Shown piece after piece: positions 34,490 to 43,372 of a DNA stretch of 64,000 nucleotides (its first letter is position 1; every line of letters begins with the position of its first letter). The translations under genes were made by a program, and so were the position numbers. This DNA comes from an uncultured Kofleriaceae bacterium (GTDB lineage Bacteria > Myxococcota_A > Polyangia > GCA-2747355 > CAZCFB01). The notes under the pieces were generated by a model. The model was not told where the DNA came from. It ran no database searches and saw only the letters and a list, made by a program, of their open reading frames with translations. The stretch lies in the NCBI GenBank assembly GCA_964497805.1, contig CAZCFB010000004.1:6648-70647 (forward strand). The letters are read 5' to 3'.

Positions 34490-35836
34490 CTAACGGCGGC
34501 GGCGGACCAGGAGCAGGAGCCCGAACATCGTCAGGAAGACCACCCCAACCGGGTCGCTCTCGCCGGCCACGCTGCACGATCCCTCGACTTCGCCGTCGTC
34601 CCCACCGCCAGGCAGGGCGGAGTCGGGCAGGCTACACAGGAACAGGTTCGCGCCCGCCACAGGCAGGCAGGCCGCGTCGCTGGGGCAGGTGTTGTTGTTG
34701 GCGTCGCACAGCCTGGAGCAGAAGCGCGTGGCCACGCCCGGGAGGCCTGCGCAGAGCACGCTCTTGCAGTCCATGTGCTCGGAGCACTGGGCGCCGTAGT
34801 CCTTGGGCGGCACCACGGTGACCTGGATCTTGGCCTCGCCCTTGTTGCCCGCGCCGTCGGTGGCCACGGCCTTGAGGGTGTGGGTGCCCACCGGGATGTT
34901 GCTGAGGTAGAAGTCGACCTCTGCCGCGCCCGGCTTTAGCCCGGCGCTCTTGTCGCCCACGAAGATCTCCACGTTGGCCACGGTCTGGTCGTCCTTGGGC
35001 GCCACCTTCACCTCGAAGCTCTGGCGCACGGCGGCCCCGTTGGCCGGCGATGTAAAGGCAACCGTGGGGGGCTCCTTGTCCTTGGGCGGCTCGTAAACAT
35101 CGCCGCCGGACTGCTGGTGGATCCAGGCGTTGAAGGCGTCGGTGCGGGTGTTGATTCCCCGCGAACCGCACGGCCGGCTGGCCATGGAGTGGATGCCAAG
35201 GTGTACCTCCCGGCCATCCTCCACGGCGAATGCCGGCCCGCCCGAGTCGCCGCTGCAGGTGTTGGACTCGCTGCCGCTGGCCCCGGAGAAGGTGAAGATG
35301 GTGCTGGTGACCTGGTGCACGGTGTTGTAGCCGATGCGCTTGGTCCCCGAGTCCTTGCGACCGGTGGCGGTGATGCCGTAGCCGATGATGGTGAGCTTTT
35401 GCCCAACCTTGGGCGCCTGCTTGGCGATGATGGAGGGTGTCACCGGCGGCTCGCTGTTCAGCTTGAGCAGGGCGATGTCGTACTGGGCGCCCCCCGTGCT
35501 GGTGGAGCTGTACTTGTAGTGCCGCGCCACCTGGTTGGTCTGGTAGCTGCCCCCGCCGATGTAGAAGACATGGGTGCCACCGGGGCTCACGCAGTGGCCC
35601 GCAGTGAGCACATGGCGCTTGCCGATGAGGGTGGCGGTGCACGACGCTCCGTGGGAGCCCACCTTGCGGATCAGTCGCCCCACGGAGGGGTGGCCGTTGT
35701 AGGTCTTGCCGTTGACGATGGCCCGCTCGGTTTCGGCGGAGTCGGGCGGTAGCAGCAGCTGCTCCTGGGGCCCGCAGCCAGCAGTCAGGAGGGCGGCGGC
35801 GAGGGTGGCGGTGACGGCGGCGTTTAACTTTTTCAT
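34490..35836 (-). CDS. Trypsin-like (S1) serine protease with Ig-like domain, Cys-rich module and MYXO-CTERM tail
   Basis: IVNG start of the mature enzyme. Catalytic triad contexts LTAGHC, DIALLKL, CSGDSGGP. C-terminus GSCSVAGESDPVGVVFLTMFGLLLLVRRRR matches the MYXO-CTERM pattern. Confidence 0.85.
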   Translation of the reverse strand: MKKLNAAVTATLAAALLTAGCGPQEQLLLPPDSAETERAIVNGKTYNGHPSVGRLIRKVGSHGASCTATLIGKRHVLTAGHCVSPGGTHVFYIGGGSYQTNQVARHYKYSSTSTGGAQYDIALLKLNSEPPVTPSIIAKQAPKVGQKLTIIGYGITATGRKDSGTKRIGYNTVHQVTSTIFTFSGASGSESNTCSGDSGGPAFAVEDGREVHLGIHSMASRPCGSRGINTRTDAFNAWIHQQSGGDVYEPPKDKEPPTVAFTSPANGAAVRQSFEVKVAPKDDQTVANVEIFVGDKSAGLKPGAAEVDFYLSNIPVGTHTLKAVATDGAGNKGEAKIQVTVVPPKDYGAQCSEHMDCKSVLCAGLPGVATRFCSRLCDANNNTCPSDAACLPVAGANLFLCSLPDSALPGGGDDGEVEGSCSVAGESDPVGVVFLTMFGLLLLVRRRR

Positions 35837-35872
35837 GTGATGTTCAAGTCCGTTTTAAGAGGTTAGTCGGGC

Positions 35873-36421
35873 TCAGAACTTCGGTTTGTATCCTGCGCAG
35901 GTCCCCCCCTTCTTGGGATCCAGCTCCTCCTTGGACAGCTTGGCGTACTTGCTGCCCTTGGGGATCGTCAGGAGGTAGACATACTCAAACTGCTCCTTCA
36001 CGGTGGTGTACGCCCCGCCCAGGTACTGGCTGCCCGAGTAGACCCGGAGGGTTTGCTGGCCAGACGGGATGCTCACGCACGAGGAGCAGCCATCCGTGTT
36101 GGCGGTCATTGAGGCGCTGCCCATGGTGAGCTTGATGGCGACGTTCTTACCGCCCTGCGCCTTGACGTTGTGGCAGAAACGGCCCCTGGTGGTCTTGCCT
36201 GTGCTGCCGCCCATGTCCAGCCTTGGCGGCTGGGTGGGTCCGTCCAGCTGGGGTTGTGCGCCCTGGTCGGGCTGCACCATGGGTCCGCCGCCGTCCAGCA
36301 GGAGGAAGCCCTTGTCCTCCTTGCCGGTCTGCACAGCTCTGTTGGGATTATCCTCCAGGCACCCGGCGCCAAGAAGGCCAAGCACGGAGACGAACACCGC
36401 GAGGGGGAGTTTATTTTTCAT
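35873..36421 (-). CDS. Lipoprotein, unknown function
   Basis: Trimmed to MKNKLPLAVFVSVLGLLGAGCLED (lipobox). High GC3. Confidence 0.6.
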   Translation of the reverse strand: MKNKLPLAVFVSVLGLLGAGCLEDNPNRAVQTGKEDKGFLLLDGGGPMVQPDQGAQPQLDGPTQPPRLDMGGSTGKTTRGRFCHNVKAQGGKNVAIKLTMGSASMTANTDGCSSCVSIPSGQQTLRVYSGSQYLGGAYTTVKEQFEYVYLLTIPKGSKYAKLSKEELDPKKGGTCAGYKPKF

Positions 36422-36589
36422 ATGGTTATTATGTCCGCTGAAATCAACTTTTGTTTCGCCCTTTTCCAAACCTGAGTCGCCGCCAGGCCCTTGATCATTC
36501 ATAGGGCCGCATCATTTTGGTGGAATTTTACACTAAAACGGTCCCCATTTCTGCCCTCCATTGCGAGCAGGGCCAGGTATGCTGGGGAA

Positions 36590-38752
36590 ATGGACGAACC
36601 GAGCGTCAAAAAGATCCTGGCCTCCATGGCCTCATGGCAGGCCTCTGACCTGTTCATCGCAGAGGGACGCCCCCCCGCGGCCCGGGTGCACGGCGCCGTA
36701 CGGCAGTCTGACCTGGCGGTCACCAGCCGGGAGGTGGTCGAGGCGTTCCTCCAGGAGCTGCTCACCCCCGCCGCGCGCGAGCGGTTCAACGAGGATGGCG
36801 ACCTGGACGTGGGCTACTCCCTGCCCAACGGCAAGCGGTTCCGCCTCAACCTGTACCGGGAACGCGGCGAGCTGGCCCTGGTGGCCCGGGCCCTGCCATC
36901 CGGCGAGCTCACCTTCGAGGAGCTCGGCCTGCCCGACGCGGTGCGGGGGTTCGCGGACCTGCCCCGGGGCCTGGTGCTGATCACCGGGGCCACCGGCTCG
37001 GGCAAGTCCACCACCCTTGCCGCCATCATCCACCACATCAACTCCCACCGTGGGGTTCACATCGTCTCGGTGGAGGACCCCATCGAGTTCGTGCACCGGG
37101 ACATCAAGGCGCGGGTCTCACAGCGCGAGGTGAACACCGACACCGGCTCCTTCTCCGCGGCCCTACGCCATGTGGTGCGGCAGAGCCCTGACGTCATCGT
37201 GCTGGGCGAGATGCGCGACCTGGAGACCATGCAGGTGGCCATCTCCGCCGCGCTCATCGGACACCTGGTGTTCGCCACCCTGCACACCATCGACGTCACC
37301 CAGTCCATGCAGCGGATCCTGAGCTACTTCCCGGAGCACATGCGGGACCAGGCCGCCATGGACCTCTCCCTCAGCCTGCGCGGGGTGGTGTCTCAGCGCC
37401 TGCTGCCGCGCAAGGACGCCAAGGGACGCGCCCTGGCCGCTGAAGTGCTGGCAGTCTCCCCGGCTGCTGCCAGGCTGATCAAGGAGCAGCGCGCGGAGGA
37501 CTTCCAGGACTACATGAAGACCGCGGACGACCCGTCGGTGATGACCTTCAACCAGTCCATGTTCGCCCTGTATGAGGCGGGCATCATCGACGACGAGATG
37601 GGCCAGGCCTACGCCAGCAACCCTGAGGAGTTCGCCCTGATGGTGCAGGGCATGTCCACTGGCGTGGCTGCCTTCGGGCGGGACACCGAAGCTGGCGGCG
37701 GCGGGCTGGACATGAAGGCTCTGCTCCGGATGACCATGGACAGGGACGCCTCCGACCTCCACCTCACCGTGGGCCGCCCCCCCATCTTCCGCATCGGAGG
37801 GGAGCTGTCCCCGCTGGAGGTCCCCGCTCTCTCCATGGCCGACATGCGCATGCTGCTCTACTCCATCATGAGCGTGCGCCAGCGCTCGACCTACGAGCTG
37901 GAGCGGGAGATCGACTTCGCCCTGGCCCTGGAGGACGGCAAGCGCTTCCGGATCAACGCCTACCACCAGAAAGGGCAGATGGCGGCCTCCCTGCGGGCCA
38001 TCCCCACGCACATCCCCTCTGCTGAGGAGCTGGGCCTGCCGGAGGTGGTGCTGGATATGGGCAACCGGCCACAGGGTCTGCTCCTGGTGGTGGGGCCCAC
38101 CGGCGCAGGCAAGACCACCACCCTGGCCTGCCTGATCAACCGGATAAACCAGTCGCGCCCCTGCCGCATCATCACGGTGGAGGACCCCATCGAGTACGTG
38201 CACGAGGGGAAGCGCGCCACGGTGGATCAGCGGGAGGTGTACGCCGACACCAAGGGGTTCGCCGCCGCGCTCAGGTACGTGCTGCGTCAGGATCCGGACG
38301 TGATCCTCGTGGGGGAGCTGCGGGACCGGGAGACCGTCTCCTCCGCCCTCACCGCGGCCGAGACAGGGCACCTGGTCATGGCCACCCTGCATACCAACGA
38401 CGCGGTGCAGGTGGTGGACCGCGTCGTGGACATCTTCCCTGCCCACCAGCAGGGGCAGGTGCGCTCCCAGCTCTCGGCGTCGCTGGTGGGGGTTATCTCC
38501 CAGCGCCTGCTGAACCGCGCCCTCGGCGGCGGGCGCGTGGCCGCCTTCGAGGTGATGGTGGCCACCACCGCCATCCGCACCCTGATCCGCGATGACAAGA
38601 TGCACCAGGCGCTCTCCACCATGGAGGCGGGCCTGGGCCAGGGGCAGATGCCCATGGACCGCGCCCTGTCCGACCTGGTCCAGCGTGGGGTGATCGATCG
38701 GGAAGATGCCAAGCGCTACATGAGGAACCCGCGCACCCTGGGGGGTGCATAG
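36590..38752 (+). CDS. Tandem (duplicated) PilT/PilU-family retraction-type ATPase, two complete modules in one polypeptide
   Basis: Trimmed to MDEPSVKK. Module 1: GATGSGKST, VEDPIEFVH, VIVLGEMRD, GHLVFATLHT. Linker ...FGRDTEAGGGGLD near nt 37700. Module 2: GPTGAGKTT, VEDPIEYVH, VILVGELRD, GHLVMATLHT, plus the AIRNLIRE-like motif AIRTLIRD. Confidence 0.85.
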   Translation: MDEPSVKKILASMASWQASDLFIAEGRPPAARVHGAVRQSDLAVTSREVVEAFLQELLTPAARERFNEDGDLDVGYSLPNGKRFRLNLYRERGELALVARALPSGELTFEELGLPDAVRGFADLPRGLVLITGATGSGKSTTLAAIIHHINSHRGVHIVSVEDPIEFVHRDIKARVSQREVNTDTGSFSAALRHVVRQSPDVIVLGEMRDLETMQVAISAALIGHLVFATLHTIDVTQSMQRILSYFPEHMRDQAAMDLSLSLRGVVSQRLLPRKDAKGRALAAEVLAVSPAAARLIKEQRAEDFQDYMKTADDPSVMTFNQSMFALYEAGIIDDEMGQAYASNPEEFALMVQGMSTGVAAFGRDTEAGGGGLDMKALLRMTMDRDASDLHLTVGRPPIFRIGGELSPLEVPALSMADMRMLLYSIMSVRQRSTYELEREIDFALALEDGKRFRINAYHQKGQMAASLRAIPTHIPSAEELGLPEVVLDMGNRPQGLLLVVGPTGAGKTTTLACLINRINQSRPCRIITVEDPIEYVHEGKRATVDQREVYADTKGFAAALRYVLRQDPDVILVGELRDRETVSSALTAAETGHLVMATLHTNDAVQVVDRVVDIFPAHQQGQVRSQLSASLVGVISQRLLNRALGGGRVAAFEVMVATTAIRTLIRDDKMHQALSTMEAGLGQGQMPMDRALSDLVQRGVIDREDAKRYMRNPRTLGGA

Positions 38753-38758
38753 GCGGCC

Positions 38759-38779
38759 GGGCGGACGAAGGTCCCGCCC
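38759..38779. terminator. GC-rich bulged hairpin between the convergent pilT-pilT and pilB-like genes
   Basis: GGGCGGAC-gaag-GTCC(C)GCCC. No clear U tract on either side. Confidence 0.3.
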
Positions 38780-38793
38780 CTACGCTGCGGTTG

Positions 38794-41379
38794 CTACTTA
38801 TTGCGTCGAGATCTCCTCAGCAAGGCCCGCACGCGCAGCTCCAGCTCCTCCGGATCGAAGGGCTTGGGCATGTAGTCGTCGGCGCCGGCCTTGAGGCCCT
38901 CCTTGATGTGCGACTTCTCTCCACGGGCGGAGAGGATGATCACCGGCAGGTCCGCGGTGGCCTCGGTGTGCTTGACGTGCTCGCACACCTCGTACCCCCC
39001 CATGCGCGGCATCATCACGTCGAGGATAACCAGGTCTGGCATTTCCTCTTCGATCTGCTCCAGCGCCTCCACGCCGTCCCGGGCGAGGCTGATCTCGAAG
39101 GTGTCCTCCAGGGTGATGCGCACCAGCTGCAGGATCTCCTCGGCGTCGTCCACCACCAGGATCTTGGGGCGCTCCTGGGGCTCGGCCGCCTGAGCCACGG
39201 GCTGCTCCGCGGCCGAGGTCATGGTCCCGGCCTCCGCCTCCACAGGAGACATCACCCCGGACCCTCCATCAACCGGGGACATGGCCCCTGTGGCGGCGTC
39301 CACCGGAGACATCTCCCCGGACGCCTCGTCGAAGGGGGACATCATCCCGGACCCACCGTCAACCGGTGACATGGCCGCCACCGGCGACATGCCGGCCACC
39401 GGTGACATGCCAGCCACCGGCGACATGCCAGCCACCGGCGACATGCCGGCCACCGGCGACATGCCGGCCACCGGCGACATACCATCCACCGGCGACATGC
39501 CGGCCACCGGCGACATACCATCCACCGGTGACAGCTGGCCCTCGCCGGCCTCCACGTAGGGGGTCTTCTCGCTCGGGTCGATGACCTCGATGGCCTCGTA
39601 GCTGAAGGCCGGGCGCGCGGCGGGCTTCTTCCGCTTGAGCAGCGGATCCAGGTGGAGCCACGCGTCCACCGGGATCACCCTGGCGACCTCCTCCAGGGTG
39701 GTGACGCCGTCGGACACCTTGGCCAGGGCGTCGTCAAACAGAGTGCGCAGCCCCTCGGACCTGGCCTGGCTCCAGAGGGTCTGCTCGGAGGCGCGCGCCT
39801 GGATCAGGCTGCGCAGGGAGTCGCCGATGGGGAGCACCTCGAACACGCCCACGCGGCCGCGGTAGCCGGTGTAAAGGCAGGCAGGACAGCCCGCACCAAC
39901 CCGGCGGGTGAAGCCCTCCAGGTTGCGCGGCGGCACGCCCACCCGGTACCAGTCCTCCTCCTCCGGAGGGGCGACGATGGAGCACTTCTGGCAAACCCGC
40001 CGCACCAGCCGCTGGGCCACCACGCCGGTGAGGCAGTCGCCCAGCAGGTGGGGCGTGATGCCGAGCTCCAACATACGGATGATGGTGGAGGTGGTCTGCG
40101 TGGTGTGCAGGGTGGAGAGCACCAGGTGGCCGGTGGTGGTGGCCTGCACCGCCGCCTTGGCCGTCTCCTCGTCCCGGATCTCGCCGATGATGATGGCGTT
40201 GGGATCCTGGCGTAGCAAGGCGGGGATCAGGTCCGGGAAGCGCATCCCCGGCCGGTCCTTCACCTCGAACTGGACGATGCCGTCCACCGTGTACTCGATG
40301 GGGTCCTCCAGGGTGACGATGGAGGTGCTCTCGCTGCGCAGCCGGTTGATGGTGGAGTAGAGGGTCGTGGTCTTGCCCGACCCGGTGGGCCCAACACAGA
40401 GCACCATGCCCCGGGGGTGGGCCACCATGTGGTAGTAGGCGCCGAGCTGTTCAACGGCCCAGCCCAGCTTGCTCAGGTCCGCCTGCAGCATCTGCGGGTC
40501 GAGGATTCGGATGACCACGTTCTCGCCGAACTGGCTCGGCACCACCGAGACGCGCAGGTCGATGCGGCGGCCGGCGATTGAGACCGACGTCTTGCCGTCC
40601 TGGGGCTTACGGCGGCTGGCAACGTCCAGGTTGCAGATGACCTTGACGCGGCTGACCAGGGAGCCAACCGACCAGGGCGGCAGGCGCAGGATCTCCTGCA
40701 GCATGCCGTCGATGCGCAGGCGCACGCGCATGCCGTCGAACTGGGGCTCGCAGTGGATATCCGAGGCGTCCTTCTCGATGGCGTGCAGCAGCATGATGGA
40801 GACGAGGTCCACGTAGGGCGACTCGCCGCCCTGGCGCAGGCGCCGCTCGATCTCCTCGCCGTCCAGGGCGATGTGATCAGACCTGGACGCCTCCACCATG
40901 TCTGGCTTGGGCAGCGCCGCCTGGAGCACCCGCTGGGCCTGGGTCTCCAGCCCGTAGAAGCGGTCGATGGCCAGCTGCAGCCGGGAGGGCGACGCCACCA
41001 TCGGCTGGATCGCCCCCTTGAGCTGGAACTGCAGGTCGTTGAGCGCAGCCAGATCCAGCGGATCGGCCATGGCCACCAGGATGCGCCCCCCTTCGTCCTT
41101 GCGCAGGGGGAGCACCGCAACCTTCTCGGCCTGAGCCCGGGGCAGCAGGAAGATCAGGTGGCGGTCGATGTCCATATCGATGGGGTCCACATAGTCCATC
41201 GAGAATTGCTCGGCCAGGGCCCGCGCCACCGCCTCGTCAGAGCAGTGGCCCATGTCCACAAACAGCTCACCCAGGCGACGGTGCTTGACCTGCGTCTGCC
41301 GGTCCAGGGCATCCTGAAGCTGGCTGGTGCTGATGGTTCCGTTATCGAGGAGGATGTCTCCAATCTTTCGTCGGCTCAT
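38794..41379 (-). CDS. PilB/GspE/MshE-family secretion ATPase with N-terminal MshEN-type domain, (MSPVxG)n repeat linker and C-terminal response-regulator receiver domain
   Basis: N-terminus: [24 protein letters not shown] plus [24 protein letters not shown]. ATPase: [36 protein letters not shown], tetra-Cys CQKC...CPAC. C-terminus: [33 protein letters not shown] (complete REC signature). Confidence 0.85.
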   Translation of the reverse strand: MSRRKIGDILLDNGTISTSQLQDALDRQTQVKHRRLGELFVDMGHCSDEAVARALAEQFSMDYVDPIDMDIDRHLIFLLPRAQAEKVAVLPLRKDEGGRILVAMADPLDLAALNDLQFQLKGAIQPMVASPSRLQLAIDRFYGLETQAQRVLQAALPKPDMVEASRSDHIALDGEEIERRLRQGGESPYVDLVSIMLLHAIEKDASDIHCEPQFDGMRVRLRIDGMLQEILRLPPWSVGSLVSRVKVICNLDVASRRKPQDGKTSVSIAGRRIDLRVSVVPSQFGENVVIRILDPQMLQADLSKLGWAVEQLGAYYHMVAHPRGMVLCVGPTGSGKTTTLYSTINRLRSESTSIVTLEDPIEYTVDGIVQFEVKDRPGMRFPDLIPALLRQDPNAIIIGEIRDEETAKAAVQATTTGHLVLSTLHTTQTTSTIIRMLELGITPHLLGDCLTGVVAQRLVRRVCQKCSIVAPPEEEDWYRVGVPPRNLEGFTRRVGAGCPACLYTGYRGRVGVFEVLPIGDSLRSLIQARASEQTLWSQARSEGLRTLFDDALAKVSDGVTTLEEVARVIPVDAWLHLDPLLKRKKPAARPAFSYEAIEVIDPSEKTPYVEAGEGQLSPVDGMSPVAGMSPVDGMSPVAGMSPVAGMSPVAGMSPVAGMSPVAGMSPVAAMSPVDGGSGMMSPFDEASGEMSPVDAATGAMSPVDGGSGVMSPVEAEAGTMTSAAEQPVAQAAEPQERPKILVVDDAEEILQLVRITLEDTFEISLARDGVEALEQIEEEMPDLVILDVMMPRMGGYEVCEHVKHTEATADLPVIILSARGEKSHIKEGLKAGADDYMPKPFDPEELELRVRALLRRSRRNK
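39362..39523 (-). repeat. Nine tandem 18-bp coding repeats ([12 protein letters not shown] hexapeptides)
   Basis: Units ACCGGCGACATGCCGGCC and variants counted by hand from 39362 to 39523. Degenerate copies extend to about 39221 and 39541. Confidence 0.9.
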
Positions 41380-41384
41380 GTTTC

Positions 41385-43205
41385 CTACTCGTTGTCCTCG
41401 GGGTTATAGACAGGGAGGTACACGGTGAACTTGCTCCCCTCGCCTTCGTTTGAGGTGACCTCGATACGCCCGCCCATCTGGGTCACCAGCTCCTTGCAGA
41501 TGAACAGACCGAGGCCCGCTCCCCCTGCCTTACGTGTGTCGCCACGCTCAACCTGGTAGAACTTCTCGAACAGCCGCGGGATCGCCACCTGAGGGATACC
41601 GCGCCCTGTGTCTCTCACCGCGATCCATACCTGATCCTTCATGCGCCCAACGGTGATCCTCACCACCCCGCCCCGCGGCGTGAACTTGAAGGCGTTGTTG
41701 ATCAGGTTCCCCAACACCTGGCCCAGGCGCATGGCGTCGCCCATGACCTCTTCGTTTTCGATCTCCCCGGGCAACAAGGAGAATTTGATGTCGTTGATCT
41801 TGGCCGCGGCCATGTGGGAGGAGTAGGCAGAGGCGGCCACGTCCGCCAGGCGCAGCGGGGCGAACTCGATGGTCAGGTTGCCCACCTCCAGGCGGGTCAT
41901 GTCCAGCAGGTCCTGGATCATGGCGAGCAGCCGGCTGGCCTGAGTGTCGATGACGCCGATGTAGCCCTTGTGCTTTGCGCTCAAGGCTCCGCCCTTGCCC
42001 AGCAGCATCACCTTGGTATAGCCGAGCACCGATGTGAGGGGGGTCTTCAGCTCGTGGGTGACCATGGAGAGGAAGTGCAGCTTCAGCTTCTCCACCTCCT
42101 TGGCCGCGGTGACGTCGGTGAGCACCAGCACATGCCCGGGGGTTTCCTCACCGGGGATCTGTGGCGGCTTGGCGATGGGGTTGGAGGAGATGTCGAAGAT
42201 GCTGGGCGGCGAGGCCTCCGGGTCCATGACCACCTCATGGGTGGCCGCCTTGGAGAGGTCGAAGATGTCGGCGGGGAGCTGGGGGAAGACGTCCTTGAGC
42301 AGCAGCCCGTCGGTGGGCATCACGCCCTTGCAGCCGGAGGCCTCCCACAGCCGCCGCACCTGAGGGTTCTGCTCCATGATGCGCCCGCCCTTCCCCACCA
42401 GGAGCACGCCGTCGTTCATGTTGTCCAGGATGGAGCTCTGCTCCGCGTTGCGCGCGTCCAGCTTGCCGATGGATGTGACGAGCTGGGAGCGCATGGCCTC
42501 CACGCTATCCCGCAGCACCTCCACCTCGGACACGCTGTTCACCTTTGGGATCTCCTTGGTGAAGTCGCCGTTCTTGATCCTGATGGCCGCGCTCGAGAGC
42601 GCCTCCAGCGGCATGCTCAGCTGGCCGCGCATACGGTACGCCCGGATCATGCTCAGGGCGGACATGAGCAGGATCCAACCCAGCCCGCCAGGGATGACGG
42701 GCAGCAACCAGCTGAGCCACTCGGGCCTGGTGCCGAAGACGCTGTACATCAGGGCAGCCTGCACGCGCATGTGGGCGTTGACCAGGGGGCGGAGCATGCT
42801 CTCCCGTTCGGCGGAGGGGGTTATCTCAACCCGCTTCATCCAGTCACCCGCCAGCTGGCGGTATGTGAGCAGCTCCGGGCGGCATCCCTTGGCCGGCTCG
42901 CCCAGGGCCTCCACCCGCTTGTCCACCAGCTCGAGCTTGACACTCAACCCGCGGATCTCCTGGGGCGTGGGGGCCTCCTCCAGCCTCACGAGCCGCCCTT
43001 GCAGCTCGTCCATGATGCCGTTGATGATGCCCACCTCCTTCATAATGGTGAGGGTGGGCCAGGACCTCAGGGCCGTGGCAAGGGTGATGGTGAGGCCCGT
43101 TAGCGCCACCACGGTGAGGGAGGAGAGGAGCAGCAGGGTGCTCACCTGCCAGCGCAGACTATTAAAACGCCCCAGCCGGGACTCCACCTTCGGGCGTGCC
43201 ATCAT
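41385..43205 (-). CDS. Sensor histidine kinase (2 TM, HAMP, PAS-like, HisKA, HATPase_c)
   Basis: H-box HELKTPLTSVLGY. N/G boxes (NLINNAFKFT, DTGRGI, GGAGLGL). HAMP-like segment after the second TM. Its stop lies 5 nt before the PilB-like start. Confidence 0.85.
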   Translation of the reverse strand: MMARPKVESRLGRFNSLRWQVSTLLLLSSLTVVALTGLTITLATALRSWPTLTIMKEVGIINGIMDELQGRLVRLEEAPTPQEIRGLSVKLELVDKRVEALGEPAKGCRPELLTYRQLAGDWMKRVEITPSAERESMLRPLVNAHMRVQAALMYSVFGTRPEWLSWLLPVIPGGLGWILLMSALSMIRAYRMRGQLSMPLEALSSAAIRIKNGDFTKEIPKVNSVSEVEVLRDSVEAMRSQLVTSIGKLDARNAEQSSILDNMNDGVLLVGKGGRIMEQNPQVRRLWEASGCKGVMPTDGLLLKDVFPQLPADIFDLSKAATHEVVMDPEASPPSIFDISSNPIAKPPQIPGEETPGHVLVLTDVTAAKEVEKLKLHFLSMVTHELKTPLTSVLGYTKVMLLGKGGALSAKHKGYIGVIDTQASRLLAMIQDLLDMTRLEVGNLTIEFAPLRLADVAASAYSSHMAAAKINDIKFSLLPGEIENEEVMGDAMRLGQVLGNLINNAFKFTPRGGVVRITVGRMKDQVWIAVRDTGRGIPQVAIPRLFEKFYQVERGDTRKAGGAGLGLFICKELVTQMGGRIEVTSNEGEGSKFTVYLPVYNPEDNE

Positions 43206-43276
43206 CGTTCACATCCTGACTGCCGTAGTTGGGCCATTCTAATAGCTTAGCCCTCGCCTGTCAGCAGGTAGTACGT

Positions 43277-43349
43277 GGGGGTGTCGGGTGTGGGGAGCGG
43301 GAGCGGGAGCGGGAGCGGGAGCGGGAGCGGGAGCGGGAGCGGGAGTGGG
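43277..43349 (+). repeat. G-tract microsatellite: 8 perfect GGGAGC units plus flanking G-runs (G-quadruplex-capable)
   Basis: GGGAGC units at 43293-43340 counted by hand, then GGGAGT GGG. Preceded by GGGGG..GGG..GGGG. Intergenic, between stop 43373 and start 43205 of minus-strand genes. Confidence 0.9.
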
Positions 43350-43372
43350 TACTCGTATCGGGGCCCGGGTGG

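Noticed and set aside
39362-39523. CRISPR-like arrays (also 25045..25296, 54950..55093, 43293..43340)
   Set aside because: The units are contiguous with no spacers, are 6-21 bp long, and three of the four are in frame inside well-supported genes. No cas genes are present.
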